In this document: piece by piece, positions 19,515 through 29,000 of the stretch
Position numbering within the stretch: position 1 is the stretch's first letter
How the letters are laid out: each line of letters opens with the position of its first letter
Virus record (IMG/VR): IMGVR_UViG_3300011008_002721
Span: 3,495-67,494 of that record
DNA length: 64,000 nt
Reading direction: 5' to 3' (one strand)
Source of the DNA: a virus
Lineage: Duplodnaviria > Caudoviricetes
Notes under the pieces: model-generated
Told to the model about the DNA's origin: nothing
Databases searched by the model: none
The model's input: the letters and a program-made list of their open reading frames with translations, nothing else
Program-made: the position numbers and the translations under genes

Positions 19515-21722
19515 TTACGAAATCGTTGCTGCTGTCATCGGCTTATTCCTTGCCCGCATGACCTTCTGTCCGGGACGCACACGACGAACGACGCGAGGCA
19601 TGTCCATTTCGTAGTAGCAAATCTGCATACCAATGGCGCGTGTCATGAGGAGGTCATCGTGCTTTCCAGTTACCGCACCATAGGCCCCGTTCTGTTTCTT
19701 CTCGTACACCAGGTATTCATCAAGGCAGCGTTTGTCCCTCTCAATGTACAGTTGCTCGCGGATGACTTTCTTGAGGGTGTCAATGAGTTCCGGCTTTGTC
19801 TTCACGTTAGTGTGATAGCCGTACATCTCCGTGTCACCCTCATCCTGCGAATCGCCTGCTTTCTTTCTGGCATAGAGGTTATCGTAGTATCCTTTGATAC
19901 GACGGAGTACCGACGCGCCGTGGTCGGCCTCCACTTCCTGCTTCTCTTTGTCGTGCGTCTCAAGCGTGTTGCTCTCAACGACCAGCAGCGCATCATCGTA
20001 GTATTTGGCAATGCGGGCAGATTCCCACGCCAGTAGGTCTATGTCCATGTGTCCGTACCATTGTGCCACTACCGTCGGCAAGTCGTTATCCAGCAATCCA
20101 AGGCGGTCAAAAACGGCTATGACGGACCAGTCGGACTTCTTTGACATGCCTCCGATGTCAACGACAACCAAATAGCGGTCCGTAATCTTCTCGTATTCGT
20201 CAATCTCCGGAGGAGACCATATCCAGAACTGGCCTTGGTGGTCCTCCATGAAGCGTACATTCTTCAATCCGGATTCGCCCTCAAGCCCCTCCGCATAAAC
20301 ATCGCCAATCATCGCGGGAGCCTTGCAGGTTTTCTTGAATTTGTTGACCTTGTATTTGTCGAAGACCATGTGCCCGGAGTGGACGAAGGCTTCCACATCG
20401 TCGGACGGATACTCGGAGGCCATGTCGGCGTGCGAGTTCTTACCTGCGCGTTCCTGAATGTACCAGTTGATAGCTTCCAGTGTCGCTCCTTGCTCCCAGA
20501 GCCACCAGAGGTACTGCCCCGGCTCCTCACGTTCCGACATGACATTGGGATTGTCGCGGTTGAGGAACAGTTGCCGGGCAAAGTCGTAGATGTTCCCCTC
20601 TATCGGCAGGGAGTACTGGTCAATCTCGTACCATGCAATGAACAGGGCTTCAAACTGTGACTTGCCTTCCTTCGCCGCGTCGTATTCCGTCTGGAAGAAA
20701 TTGCCGGTGCCGTTGGCCGTGGATTCGTACACAATCATCGTGTACGGCTTGAGCAGCACGCCGGAGCACGCCGCCTTGACAATCTGTTCCGGGGTTTTCC
20801 CGTCTGTCTTTTTCCAGATGCCCACCTCGGAGCAGTGAACGAGGTTGTAATCACCGCCTCGGGCAGAATCCGGCCGCTCTGCAGTACCAATCTTGACCTT
20901 GCAGAGACGCTGGGGCACACGGTGTATGCTTCCGGAGTGACCGACCCCGCACCATTTTGGTTCTTTCCCACTGTACGCGTCACCCAGTTTGTGCAGCATG
21001 TTGAGCGGGTAGGACTTAATCATGCGCTCAAACATGTCCTGGATCTCATCGGAGGCGGTGCCCTGGTGAGCCACGATAAGGGAGTTGAGGCCGACACGGT
21101 GGCAGAGCTGGAGCCATGCCATGTAGAGCTGTATGCAGGTTGAACCGCCCCACTGACGTGCTTTCAGCAGTACAAGACGGATTGGCTTTCCGGCCCTGCG
21201 TTTCTTCTCAAGTCGCTCAACGAGCCTCCTTTGCGGACGGCTTAACCGGAACAGGACATCTTCGCCTCCGCCTTTGGGCTTGATGTACACATAGAAAGCC
21301 GCCCAGAAGGCGAAGTCATATCGGCTGCGGAGCCGGCACACCTCATCGGTGATTTCTTGGATGGCCTCATATACATCGTCCTCATCTTCCAAGTCCACGT
21401 CCATCCGGTCAGCCTCGACCTCCGCTTCAATGAACTTGCGGATGCTCCCGTACTTGAGCAGTTCCTTCATAAGAGGAATGCGCAGCATTTCGTTCGGCAC
21501 GAACCACGCATAGGAGAATTCCGGTAGGAAGATTCTGGTGCGGTCTCTCATGCAGATGGACCCTTCGCCGGTGATGGGGTCGAACTTGGCGTTAATCAAG
21601 TCGTTCCTGTGCGAATTCTCGGCGATGATTTCCAGAACCTTCTTGTGTATCTCCTCCTCCGTCATCATAACGGGAGCGACCTTCCTTTGTGCGGTCAGTA
21701 TTTCCAAGGCATCCCGTTCCAT
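19515..21722 (-). CDS. terL: Terminase large subunit
   Basis: LLKARQWGGST (Walker A-like), LVHCSE (Walker B), YESTANG, VVVDIGG and KHDDLLM nuclease motifs. Confidence 0.9.
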   Translation of the reverse strand: MERDALEILTAQRKVAPVMMTEEEIHKKVLEIIAENSHRNDLINAKFDPITGEGSICMRDRTRIFLPEFSYAWFVPNEMLRIPLMKELLKYGSIRKFIEAEVEADRMDVDLEDEDDVYEAIQEITDEVCRLRSRYDFAFWAAFYVYIKPKGGGEDVLFRLSRPQRRLVERLEKKRRAGKPIRLVLLKARQWGGSTCIQLYMAWLQLCHRVGLNSLIVAHQGTASDEIQDMFERMIKSYPLNMLHKLGDAYSGKEPKWCGVGHSGSIHRVPQRLCKVKIGTAERPDSARGGDYNLVHCSEVGIWKKTDGKTPEQIVKAACSGVLLKPYTMIVYESTANGTGNFFQTEYDAAKEGKSQFEALFIAWYEIDQYSLPIEGNIYDFARQLFLNRDNPNVMSEREEPGQYLWWLWEQGATLEAINWYIQERAGKNSHADMASEYPSDDVEAFVHSGHMVFDKYKVNKFKKTCKAPAMIGDVYAEGLEGESGLKNVRFMEDHQGQFWIWSPPEIDEYEKITDRYLVVVDIGGMSKKSDWSVIAVFDRLGLLDNDLPTVVAQWYGHMDIDLLAWESARIAKYYDDALLVVESNTLETHDKEKQEVEADHGASVLRRIKGYYDNLYARKKAGDSQDEGDTEMYGYHTNVKTKPELIDTLKKVIREQLYIERDKRCLDEYLVYEKKQNGAYGAVTGKHDDLLMTRAIGMQICYYEMDMPRVVRRVRPGQKVMRARNKPMTAATIS

Positions 21723-22114
21723 TTCTTCTTTATGTAATGGATTATTATCCTTGCCGATTCGGCAGTGAGGTAGAATTTGGGTGCAGGCTGGCTTACCACT
21801 TCAAAGGTAAGGTCGTACACGGATTCCTCCGGATATTCCCTTTTCAGTTCACAGACGCGGCGGTAGATTTCCTCATACATTTCACGCTTGTTTGTCCGCA
21901 TCTGGGCAATACTCCTCCCCTTGAACATATTTGAGATAACGATGGCGGCTCTCTCCTCGCTCACCCAGAACCGTGCTGCAGGCATTTTTGCAACTTTATT
22001 ATACACGTCTGCAGCGCTATCTCCGTTCGATTGAGACAACGCCTCACGGTATGCACGCATCAAGTCTCTGTCACGTGCATCCTCGTATTCAAACGTGCTA
22101 CCGACATTTTTCAT
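21695..22114 (-). CDS. Phage protein upstream of terL (possible small terminase or DNA-binding regulator)
   Basis: 139 aa, overlaps the terL start; assignment is positional. Confidence 0.55.
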   Translation of the reverse strand: MKNVGSTFEYEDARDRDLMRAYREALSQSNGDSAADVYNKVAKMPAARFWVSEERAAIVISNMFKGRSIAQMRTNKREMYEEIYRRVCELKREYPEESVYDLTFEVVSQPAPKFYLTAESARIIIHYIKKKWNGMPWKY

Positions 22115-22132
22115 CTGCCTGTTACATCGTTA

Positions 22133-22207
22133 CAAAATTAGTTGTTGTGATGTAATAAATAAAATAAACCTTACAAACGCACAATTTATATTTGTGCAGC
22201 AAAGTTA
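22133..22207. promoter_or_regulatory. Divergent AT-rich promoter region
   Basis: TAtaTTTG on + (22187-22194); TAatTTTG (22133-22140) and TAacTTTG (22200-22207) on -. Confidence 0.5.
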
Positions 22208-22226
22208 CAAATAAATCTGAAACGAT

Positions 22227-22952
22227 ATGGCAGAACAAGCTAAGTCAAAGAGAGATGACTTCCTTTCCAAGCGGTACAAAGACCGCCAGTTCGCCGACGA
22301 TGATGAGTTGTTCGGTCAGTTAGGGCAGGACTTCGACAACCTTGAAAACGAGCGCAACGAACTCGCCCAGCGTGAGCAGGACTTCTCCAACTTCCTTTCC
22401 GCAGACCCGAGAAACTCCGGGTTATTTATGCGTATCAAGCGCGGGGAAGACCCTATCCTTTGGCTTATCCGCCAGTACGGACCGGACATCGCCGAGCGTG
22501 TCAATGACCCCGAATTCCAGAAGCAGTTGGAAGAAGCCCGCCAAGACTATCTCGCCCAGTTTGAGGAATCCAAGAAACTGGAAAAGGAATACGCCGACAA
22601 CATCGACGCGACCAATGCGACGATAGATGCCTATGCCGGTGAGCATGGCGAGGAGGCAAAGGAGGCAGTGATGACCGTCCTTTCCACCATCGTACACGAC
22701 TACATCTGTGGCAAGGTTACGCCCGAGACTTTGGACATGGTTTCAAAGGCTCTCAACTACGACAACGACATCAAGAATGCCGGGGATGAAGGCGAGGTGC
22801 GCGGACGTAACGCCAAGATTGAAGAAAAACTGCGCAAAAGCAGCATGGGTGACGGCACTGTACAGCTCGGAGGCTCCGAGGCTACCGCAGGAACTCCCGC
22901 CCGCCGCAAGCGCTCCAACCCCATTTTTGACATTGCCGACCAAGCGAAGTAA
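22227..22952 (+). CDS. Probable capsid scaffolding protein
   Basis: 241 aa, acidic coiled-coil composition, directly upstream of the capsid gene. Confidence 0.6.
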   Translation: MAEQAKSKRDDFLSKRYKDRQFADDDELFGQLGQDFDNLENERNELAQREQDFSNFLSADPRNSGLFMRIKRGEDPILWLIRQYGPDIAERVNDPEFQKQLEEARQDYLAQFEESKKLEKEYADNIDATNATIDAYAGEHGEEAKEAVMTVLSTIVHDYICGKVTPETLDMVSKALNYDNDIKNAGDEGEVRGRNAKIEEKLRKSSMGDGTVQLGGSEATAGTPARRKRSNPIFDIADQAK

Positions 22953-22982
22953 TCCATTAATAACCTATAATTCAGTATTACT

Positions 22983-24554
22983 ATGGCAGAAAATGCAACT
23001 GTTGTACCTGGTGAGGTCGTGCAGCCTACGACTGTGACCCCCACCCCCAGTCCTGGTTCCGCAGGACTTCCTACGCAGGTTCCCGGCCAGCCCACGACCG
23101 TCAGCGGCGCAGCGGCTGCTCTAGGTGGTATTGAGCCCGGTAACCTTATCGTTCCTGACATTGACGAAGACCTCTTTGAATTTGAGAAGGACGATAACCC
23201 TCTTATGCAGCTGATGCTGAAGGCAAAGAAAGTAACCGTCAACTCTCCGGAAGTGGACCACTACATGCTGGATGAGCCTGCCGACGGTTGCGAGACCAAT
23301 GCCGCACTGGCTGCTTCCCAAAGCCAGACCGCAGTCCTCCCCGTCGAGGCCAAGTACCAGAAGTATTTCCATCCTTACGACACCGTTCTGGTGAAGGACG
23401 TGGACGGTTATACCGAGGACGGTCAGACCCTCACCCCGGGCAAGGACCTCATGCTTTTCGTCACTGGCATTGACCCCACCTCGAACAATCCTATTGTCCG
23501 TGCCGTCAATGGCCCTCGCGACAACGCGACCGACGAATTCTGCAAGTGCCCCGCCATCCCTGCCGGCACATATCTGGTGTTCCTCAACAACGCCCTGTAT
23601 GAGACCCAGAAGGAAGTTGAACCCGACCTCATCCTGCCTACTCCGGAGCGTCTGTACCTCCAGAAGTCCGGCATGAATCAGGTTGTGTCTGACTACTTCG
23701 ATTCCCAGAAGAAGCGTATCCCGTTCAACGAGGCCATCATCGCCGAGAAGTCCATCCGCAACTACAAGCGCAAGGGCAACCGCACCCTCTGGGCTTCCCG
23801 CAAGTCCAAGTTCCTCGTGAAAGCCGAAAAGAACATGGGCAACCAGTACGTTTACACCTCCGAAGGTGTACGTTGGCAGTTCAAGCGTGAGCTCCAGCAC
23901 TCCGGCAAGTGGACGGTTGAGGAACTCATCGCCCTCGTCAAGATGTTCAAGAACGGTGAGGACGTTCCCGAAGGTGGCGTATTCCTCGTGGGTACGAACC
24001 TGCTCGAACAGCTCCAGTGCATTGACTACACCGGACATCCGGAGATTACCATCTCCTCCGCGGTCAACCCCGTGGGCTGGAAGGTGACCCGCATCACCAC
24101 CATCTTCGGAGACCTCGACATCAAGCAGGAGCGCACCCTGGATCGTCTCCGCTGGTCCAACTCCGGTGCCGTCCTTGGCTACAACCGCCTCGTTCACTAC
24201 TCCCGTACCGCCGAGCACACTTTCGAAGACCGTATCGAGGGACAGGAAGCCAAGCGTACCGGCATCCTCAAGTGGGATTGCCTCGGTCTGAAGGGCTCCT
24301 GCCATATCTGGGTGGACGGCGAAGGCTCCTCCGCTAACAACGGCGCCGTGAGCATCGTGTACTGGAATTCCGCTTCCGCTCCTACCGGAAACGACCTCGT
24401 GGACGGACGTGTTTACTACCTCCTGCAGGATTGCGCCGGCATCAACTCTGATGCAAAGGCCGGTCAGATGTGGCAGGCGAGCGTAACCACCTCCGGCGGA
24501 ACCACCACTGCAACGTGGGCCGAGTATGCAGGAACCTTCTACGCCAACAACTAA
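22983..24554 (+). CDS. Major capsid protein
   Basis: 523 aa, strong C-ending codon bias, follows the scaffold gene and is followed by a terminator. Confidence 0.72.
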   Translation: MAENATVVPGEVVQPTTVTPTPSPGSAGLPTQVPGQPTTVSGAAAALGGIEPGNLIVPDIDEDLFEFEKDDNPLMQLMLKAKKVTVNSPEVDHYMLDEPADGCETNAALAASQSQTAVLPVEAKYQKYFHPYDTVLVKDVDGYTEDGQTLTPGKDLMLFVTGIDPTSNNPIVRAVNGPRDNATDEFCKCPAIPAGTYLVFLNNALYETQKEVEPDLILPTPERLYLQKSGMNQVVSDYFDSQKKRIPFNEAIIAEKSIRNYKRKGNRTLWASRKSKFLVKAEKNMGNQYVYTSEGVRWQFKRELQHSGKWTVEELIALVKMFKNGEDVPEGGVFLVGTNLLEQLQCIDYTGHPEITISSAVNPVGWKVTRITTIFGDLDIKQERTLDRLRWSNSGAVLGYNRLVHYSRTAEHTFEDRIEGQEAKRTGILKWDCLGLKGSCHIWVDGEGSSANNGAVSIVYWNSASAPTGNDLVDGRVYYLLQDCAGINSDAKAGQMWQASVTTSGGTTTATWAEYAGTFYANN

Positions 24555-24579
24555 TCGGCGTTGAAAGGAGCCGCCCTAT

Positions 24580-24616
24580 GGGGAGGGTGACGCTTTTGTC
24601 TCCCTCCCCTTTTTTA
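24580..24616 (+). terminator. Intrinsic terminator after the capsid gene
   Basis: GGGGAGGG...CCCTCCCC stem followed by T6. Confidence 0.75.
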
Positions 24617-24648
24617 CTAACAGAGAATGTAAACTAAAAACGTACAAG

Positions 24649-25404
24649 ATGAAAATCTACAGAAAGACATACGGTGTCCGCAACCTTGTGGAATGGCAGG
24701 CGAACATTCCCGTTGGAAAGGGTCGGCTCATCGTCCACTTCACCGGCGGCAGCATCACCGCCTACGGTGTAACGCCAGCCGTTTTCAAGACCGAAGACCC
24801 TATCCATCAGGCAATCATCGAGAATAGCGGCTACTTCAAGTCCGGTCGCATCTTCCTCATGAAATCCGACTTCATCAAGGATGTTGCCGACCCCGTTCCC
24901 GCATCTTCCGCCAGCCCGGCCCCGGCCGCTGCTCCGATTGTCAGCGCCCCCGCTCCGACAGTACAGACCCCCGCACCTGCTCCCGCCGAGGAGGAAAAGA
25001 CGGAGACCAAGCAGAAGCCTTCGAAGGAGAAAACACCTGCCGCCTCGGCAGAGACAACCACGCCAGCCGCTCCCGCCGAGGAGGCGAAGCAGGATCCAGG
25101 AACGTCCCCCGCTCCGGAGACTGTCCAGACCCCGGCTCCCGCACCCGCATCTTCCGCCAGCCCGGCCCCGGCCGGAGAGAAGCCCGAAGACGATGAGGAT
25201 GCAGAAAAGGGCGGTGCGGTAGAGATAGGAACTGATGAGGATGGCTTTAAAATCGTCAAGGCATCTTGCTTCGAGGATGTCCGTCAGTACCTCATCAAGA
25301 ATTACGGGTTCACTCCTTCCGCAGTAAGGACAAAGGCTCTGGCCAAGGCGAAAGCCACCGCCAACAAGGTCAAATTCCTGATTGATGGCAAAGAACTCGC
25401 ATAA
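24649..25404 (+). CDS. Hypothetical head-associated protein with a Pro/Ala/Thr-rich linker
   Basis: 251 aa; globular ends joined by a low-complexity repeat linker. Confidence 0.65.
   Translation: MKIYRKTYGVRNLVEWQANIPVGKGRLIVHFTGGSITAYGVTPAVFKTEDPIHQAIIENSGYFKSGRIFLMKSDFIKDVADPVPASSASPAPAAAPIVSAPAPTVQTPAPAPAEEEKTETKQKPSKEKTPAASAETTTPAAPAEEAKQDPGTSPAPETVQTPAPAPASSASPAPAGEKPEDDEDAEKGGAVEIGTDEDGFKIVKASCFEDVRQYLIKNYGFTPSAVRTKALAKAKATANKVKFLIDGKELA
24898..25174 (+). repeat. 31-bp direct repeat (24898-24928 and 25144-25174) encoding PASSASPAPA
   Basis: CCCGCATCTTCCGCCAGCCCGGCCCCGGCCG occurs twice, identical. Confidence 0.85.
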
Positions 25405-25418
25405 GGGAGGATAGCTCT

Positions 25419-26063
25419 ATGTTGTACTCGGTCAGTGAACTGAAAGAGGACATCCGAATAGCCCTCGACCAGAACATGACCAGTGAGCAACTGTTTGAGA
25501 CGGGCGACATTGACACGCTTTCCCTTGAGGAAATCATCGAAAGCAAGATTGTCGATGCCGCTCGGCTTGTTGAAGGGACGGCCCCTTCTTATCTCCTCAA
25601 CGGCGGCAAAGCCTTCGGAGACAGTATCAGTTGGGACAGTGCTCACGGTTATGGCAGCGGGAGGATTCTCCTTCCCGATGACTTCCTGCGGCTCGTTTCC
25701 TTCCAGATGAGCGACTGGGATTATCCAGTCACTTTGCCTATCACGGAGGATGACCCTGCCTATGCCATGCAGCGGAGCCGGTATCCAGGCATCAAGGGGA
25801 ATCCCCAGCGCCCGGTTGTGGCAATCACAATGCAGCCAGCCGGACAGGTGCTGGAGTTCTACTCCTGCATGGCCGGAGAATCCGTTTATATCCGTCGCGC
25901 ACAGTACATCCCCATCCGAACCATTGAGGACGGAATGATTGATTTGTGCGAGAAACTGCGCAGGCCCATCGTGTACCGCGCAGCGCAGCTCGTAGCCACG
26001 AGTATAGGAGACACGGAAGCAGCAACCGCTTTGTTGAACATCAGTAATGAGTTAATGAAATGA
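25419..26063 (+). CDS. Probable head-tail adaptor
   Basis: 214 aa, between head genes and the receptor-binding protein; positional. Confidence 0.5.
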   Translation: MLYSVSELKEDIRIALDQNMTSEQLFETGDIDTLSLEEIIESKIVDAARLVEGTAPSYLLNGGKAFGDSISWDSAHGYGSGRILLPDDFLRLVSFQMSDWDYPVTLPITEDDPAYAMQRSRYPGIKGNPQRPVVAITMQPAGQVLEFYSCMAGESVYIRRAQYIPIRTIEDGMIDLCEKLRRPIVYRAAQLVATSIGDTEAATALLNISNELMK

Positions 26064-29000
26064 GTGATTTAAGAAACCTCGGCGTATTTGAATCCGTTGA
26101 CGCTCTCTGGGCAGCACATCCGGAGGGTGGCAAGGAAGGAGATTACGCCTTTATCGGTGCTTCGGAGCAATCCGGAACGAAGTACCGTTGGAACAAATAC
26201 GACCGCATTTGGGAGGATGCAGACAAGGTTACACAAACCACCGGCAAAGAAAACAAGTTCGTTGACGGCGATGCTACCGTAAACGGCAAGTTAAATGTCG
26301 GTGGCAATGCGACCTTTGAAGGCAACCTCAAAGTGAAGGGCACTCTCGATGCGGCTAAAATTAAGCAGCCCAGCGTCGGCCTTTTCTCCACTCTCGCTGC
26401 TCTGCAGGCCGCCTATCCGAATCCGGAGGAGGGTTGGTGGGCCGTCGTGGGGAACAATATCCCTGGCGAAATCTACGACGTTGTGAACGGAGCCTGGCAC
26501 GACACCGGAAACACAGGCGGCGGCGCGGAGATTGACGTGTCTGAACTGCTGGAACCCATTGAGGATGATGTGGTCCAGTTGCAGGAAGATTTGGGTAATG
26601 CGGAAGATGCGATAGATACACTCCAGTCTGACGTGCACGACCTTGAGACGGCCCTTGACGAACTCCTTAACGGAGATGTGACTTCGGCCATTGAATCGTT
26701 CCAGGAAGTTCTGGACTTCCTCTCCGGCATCACCGACGAGCAATCGTTGACCGTCCTCCTGACGGCCATGAAGAACAACATCAAGAAGGGTTACAAGTTC
26801 ATGGGCGTGGCAACACGCAACACGATACCTGCGACTTCTACTGATGATTGTCCTCTGTTCTATCTTGCCATCACCGAAGGGACGTACACGAACTTCTATT
26901 CCGGTATCCTCCGTCCGGCAGAAGACCCTGAAGAAGAACCGGAGAACGTGCCGCTCAGCCTCGAAGAAGGAGAGATTGCACTGTTCATGCCATATACCAT
27001 TGGGAACAGTATCTGGTGGCGCAAGAGCGTTCTCGACATCGCAAAGAAATCCTACGTGGACGCAAAGGTTGAGGAACTGAACGACCGCATGGACAATATC
27101 GGCGAGGAGATTACGCGACTGGACGTGCCTGCCGCCATCTACAACCCGTCCGTTGAGAATCCCATCACCGGAGGCGGCTTCTACACCCTCGTGGACAATG
27201 AGCATCCGTCGCTCTCTGCGGTCCACGTTGCCAAGGCCAACGAAAAAGCAACCAAGGGCCTTGTGATGTCCTTCGCCATTTCCGCTACTGTGTGGAAGAC
27301 CTATCAGTTCGTGGGCCTCACGACCGATGATGTGGACTGGCTCAATCCCGACAACTGGAAGGACTTCGGTTCCCTCGCTGCCGGAAGTGAGAACTACATC
27401 ATCATCGACAACCTCTGCGGTGCTCCGTCCGTGGGTGATTACTACAACCTCGGTTCTGCCGTGGAACGTCTGATTGCCTACCAGCAGTCTTCGGGCGTTA
27501 CCTACGCCAAGCGCGGTCTTATCATCTCCTACCTCGTGGCAGAGAACACGATGGAGACCAAAATGTTCAACGGTGCAGTCTCGGACTTCTCCGAGATTGG
27601 GCTTTGGAAGGACTTCGGCGGTGGCGGCTCTAACGTGGAGACCTCCGACGAACCGGAGGAAGACGGCGAGGATGCCTTCTCCACCGGAGGTGCATACACG
27701 CACTTGCCTGCAACGCTTAACGTGGATACCGAGACAGACGGCGTTGTGAAAATCAAGATGGTCAATGCCGGAGGCGAAGACGTGGGCGATGAGATTCAGT
27801 TCAACGTCGGAACTGGCGGCGGCGGTGGCGGCGGCGGAACCATCGTTTCGATGGCTTTCCAGACCTCCCCTCTGTACGGAAACGCAGGCGGCTCCTTCAT
27901 CCTCCGTGCTGCCATCAAGTCCGTCACCACTGTGGGAAGCGAAGAACAGCTCAACACCATTGCCAACGTGTCCATCTACGACCGCGACACGAATACCCTG
28001 CTGCGGTCCATCAACGTGAATCAGGCATCCAGTGCGGACCTCAATACGTTCGACTTCATCTTTGACATCTCCGAGTACTTCGCCGCAGCAGGTGTGCGCA
28101 GGCTCCGGCTTGTTGCAACCGACGATGCAGGCAACACCGGATCCAGGAATGTAAACGTCACTGCCGTGGATGTCACCATCACCAGCGTGCAGACGCTCCA
28201 GTACACCGCCTCTACGGCCCTTGCCGTCGGAGGAGCAGCCAAGTCCATTCCTCTCTACAAGTTCGCCAACAATGCTTCCGACCGAGGAATCAACGCCATC
28301 ACGGAGATATTCCTTGACGGTGAGTGGCAGGTGCTTGGGCAGGCAGTCATCACCGACACCTACTCGCACGGCATTTCCATCAATCCGAATAACTGTCTGG
28401 GGCAGGTGCTCTCGCACGGAGCCTATCCTATCCGTGTTCACGGCGTGGACGTGGCATCCGGTGTTGTAGGAAACTACCTGTACTCTGGTATCTTTGTAAT
28501 TGACGAGAGCAGCAGCACTCCGCTTGTGGTTGAAAGTTGGATAAGCAAGACGGTGAACCCCGTCGTGAAACTCTACGAGACCATCGTGCTGCAGTATGCG
28601 GTCTATGACCCTTCAAGCAATTCACCAACGGCGCAGGTCTTTCTGGACGGGCAGCAGGTGCAGTCGCACACGGCTTACCGCAGCACGGTTTATACCTTCA
28701 AGCATCAAGTGACGGGCGTTGCATTTGACGGCTCGGTCTCCCAGATTGTGAAGGTTAAGTGCGGAACGTCCTCCGGACCGGACGCATCCTTCCTTGTGTC
28801 CGGCTCCATCATTGATGCTGTGCTGAAGGATGGTGCAATCTACGCCTTCGACTTCTCCAACCGCTCCAACGATGAGGCGGACCATACCATTGAGAGCGGC
28901 GGTTACACCATCGTTCTGAACGGCTCCAATTGGTCCACGACCGGATTCGGGACTTTCAACGGAGAAAAGGCCGTCCGCATCGCGGAGGACGTGACGGCGG

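Noticed and set aside
24841-25200. Repeats in the PAT-rich linker as a CRISPR array or mobile element
   Set aside because: In-frame low-complexity coding repeats, only two exact copies, no spacers or cas genes; no CRISPR array seen anywhere in the window
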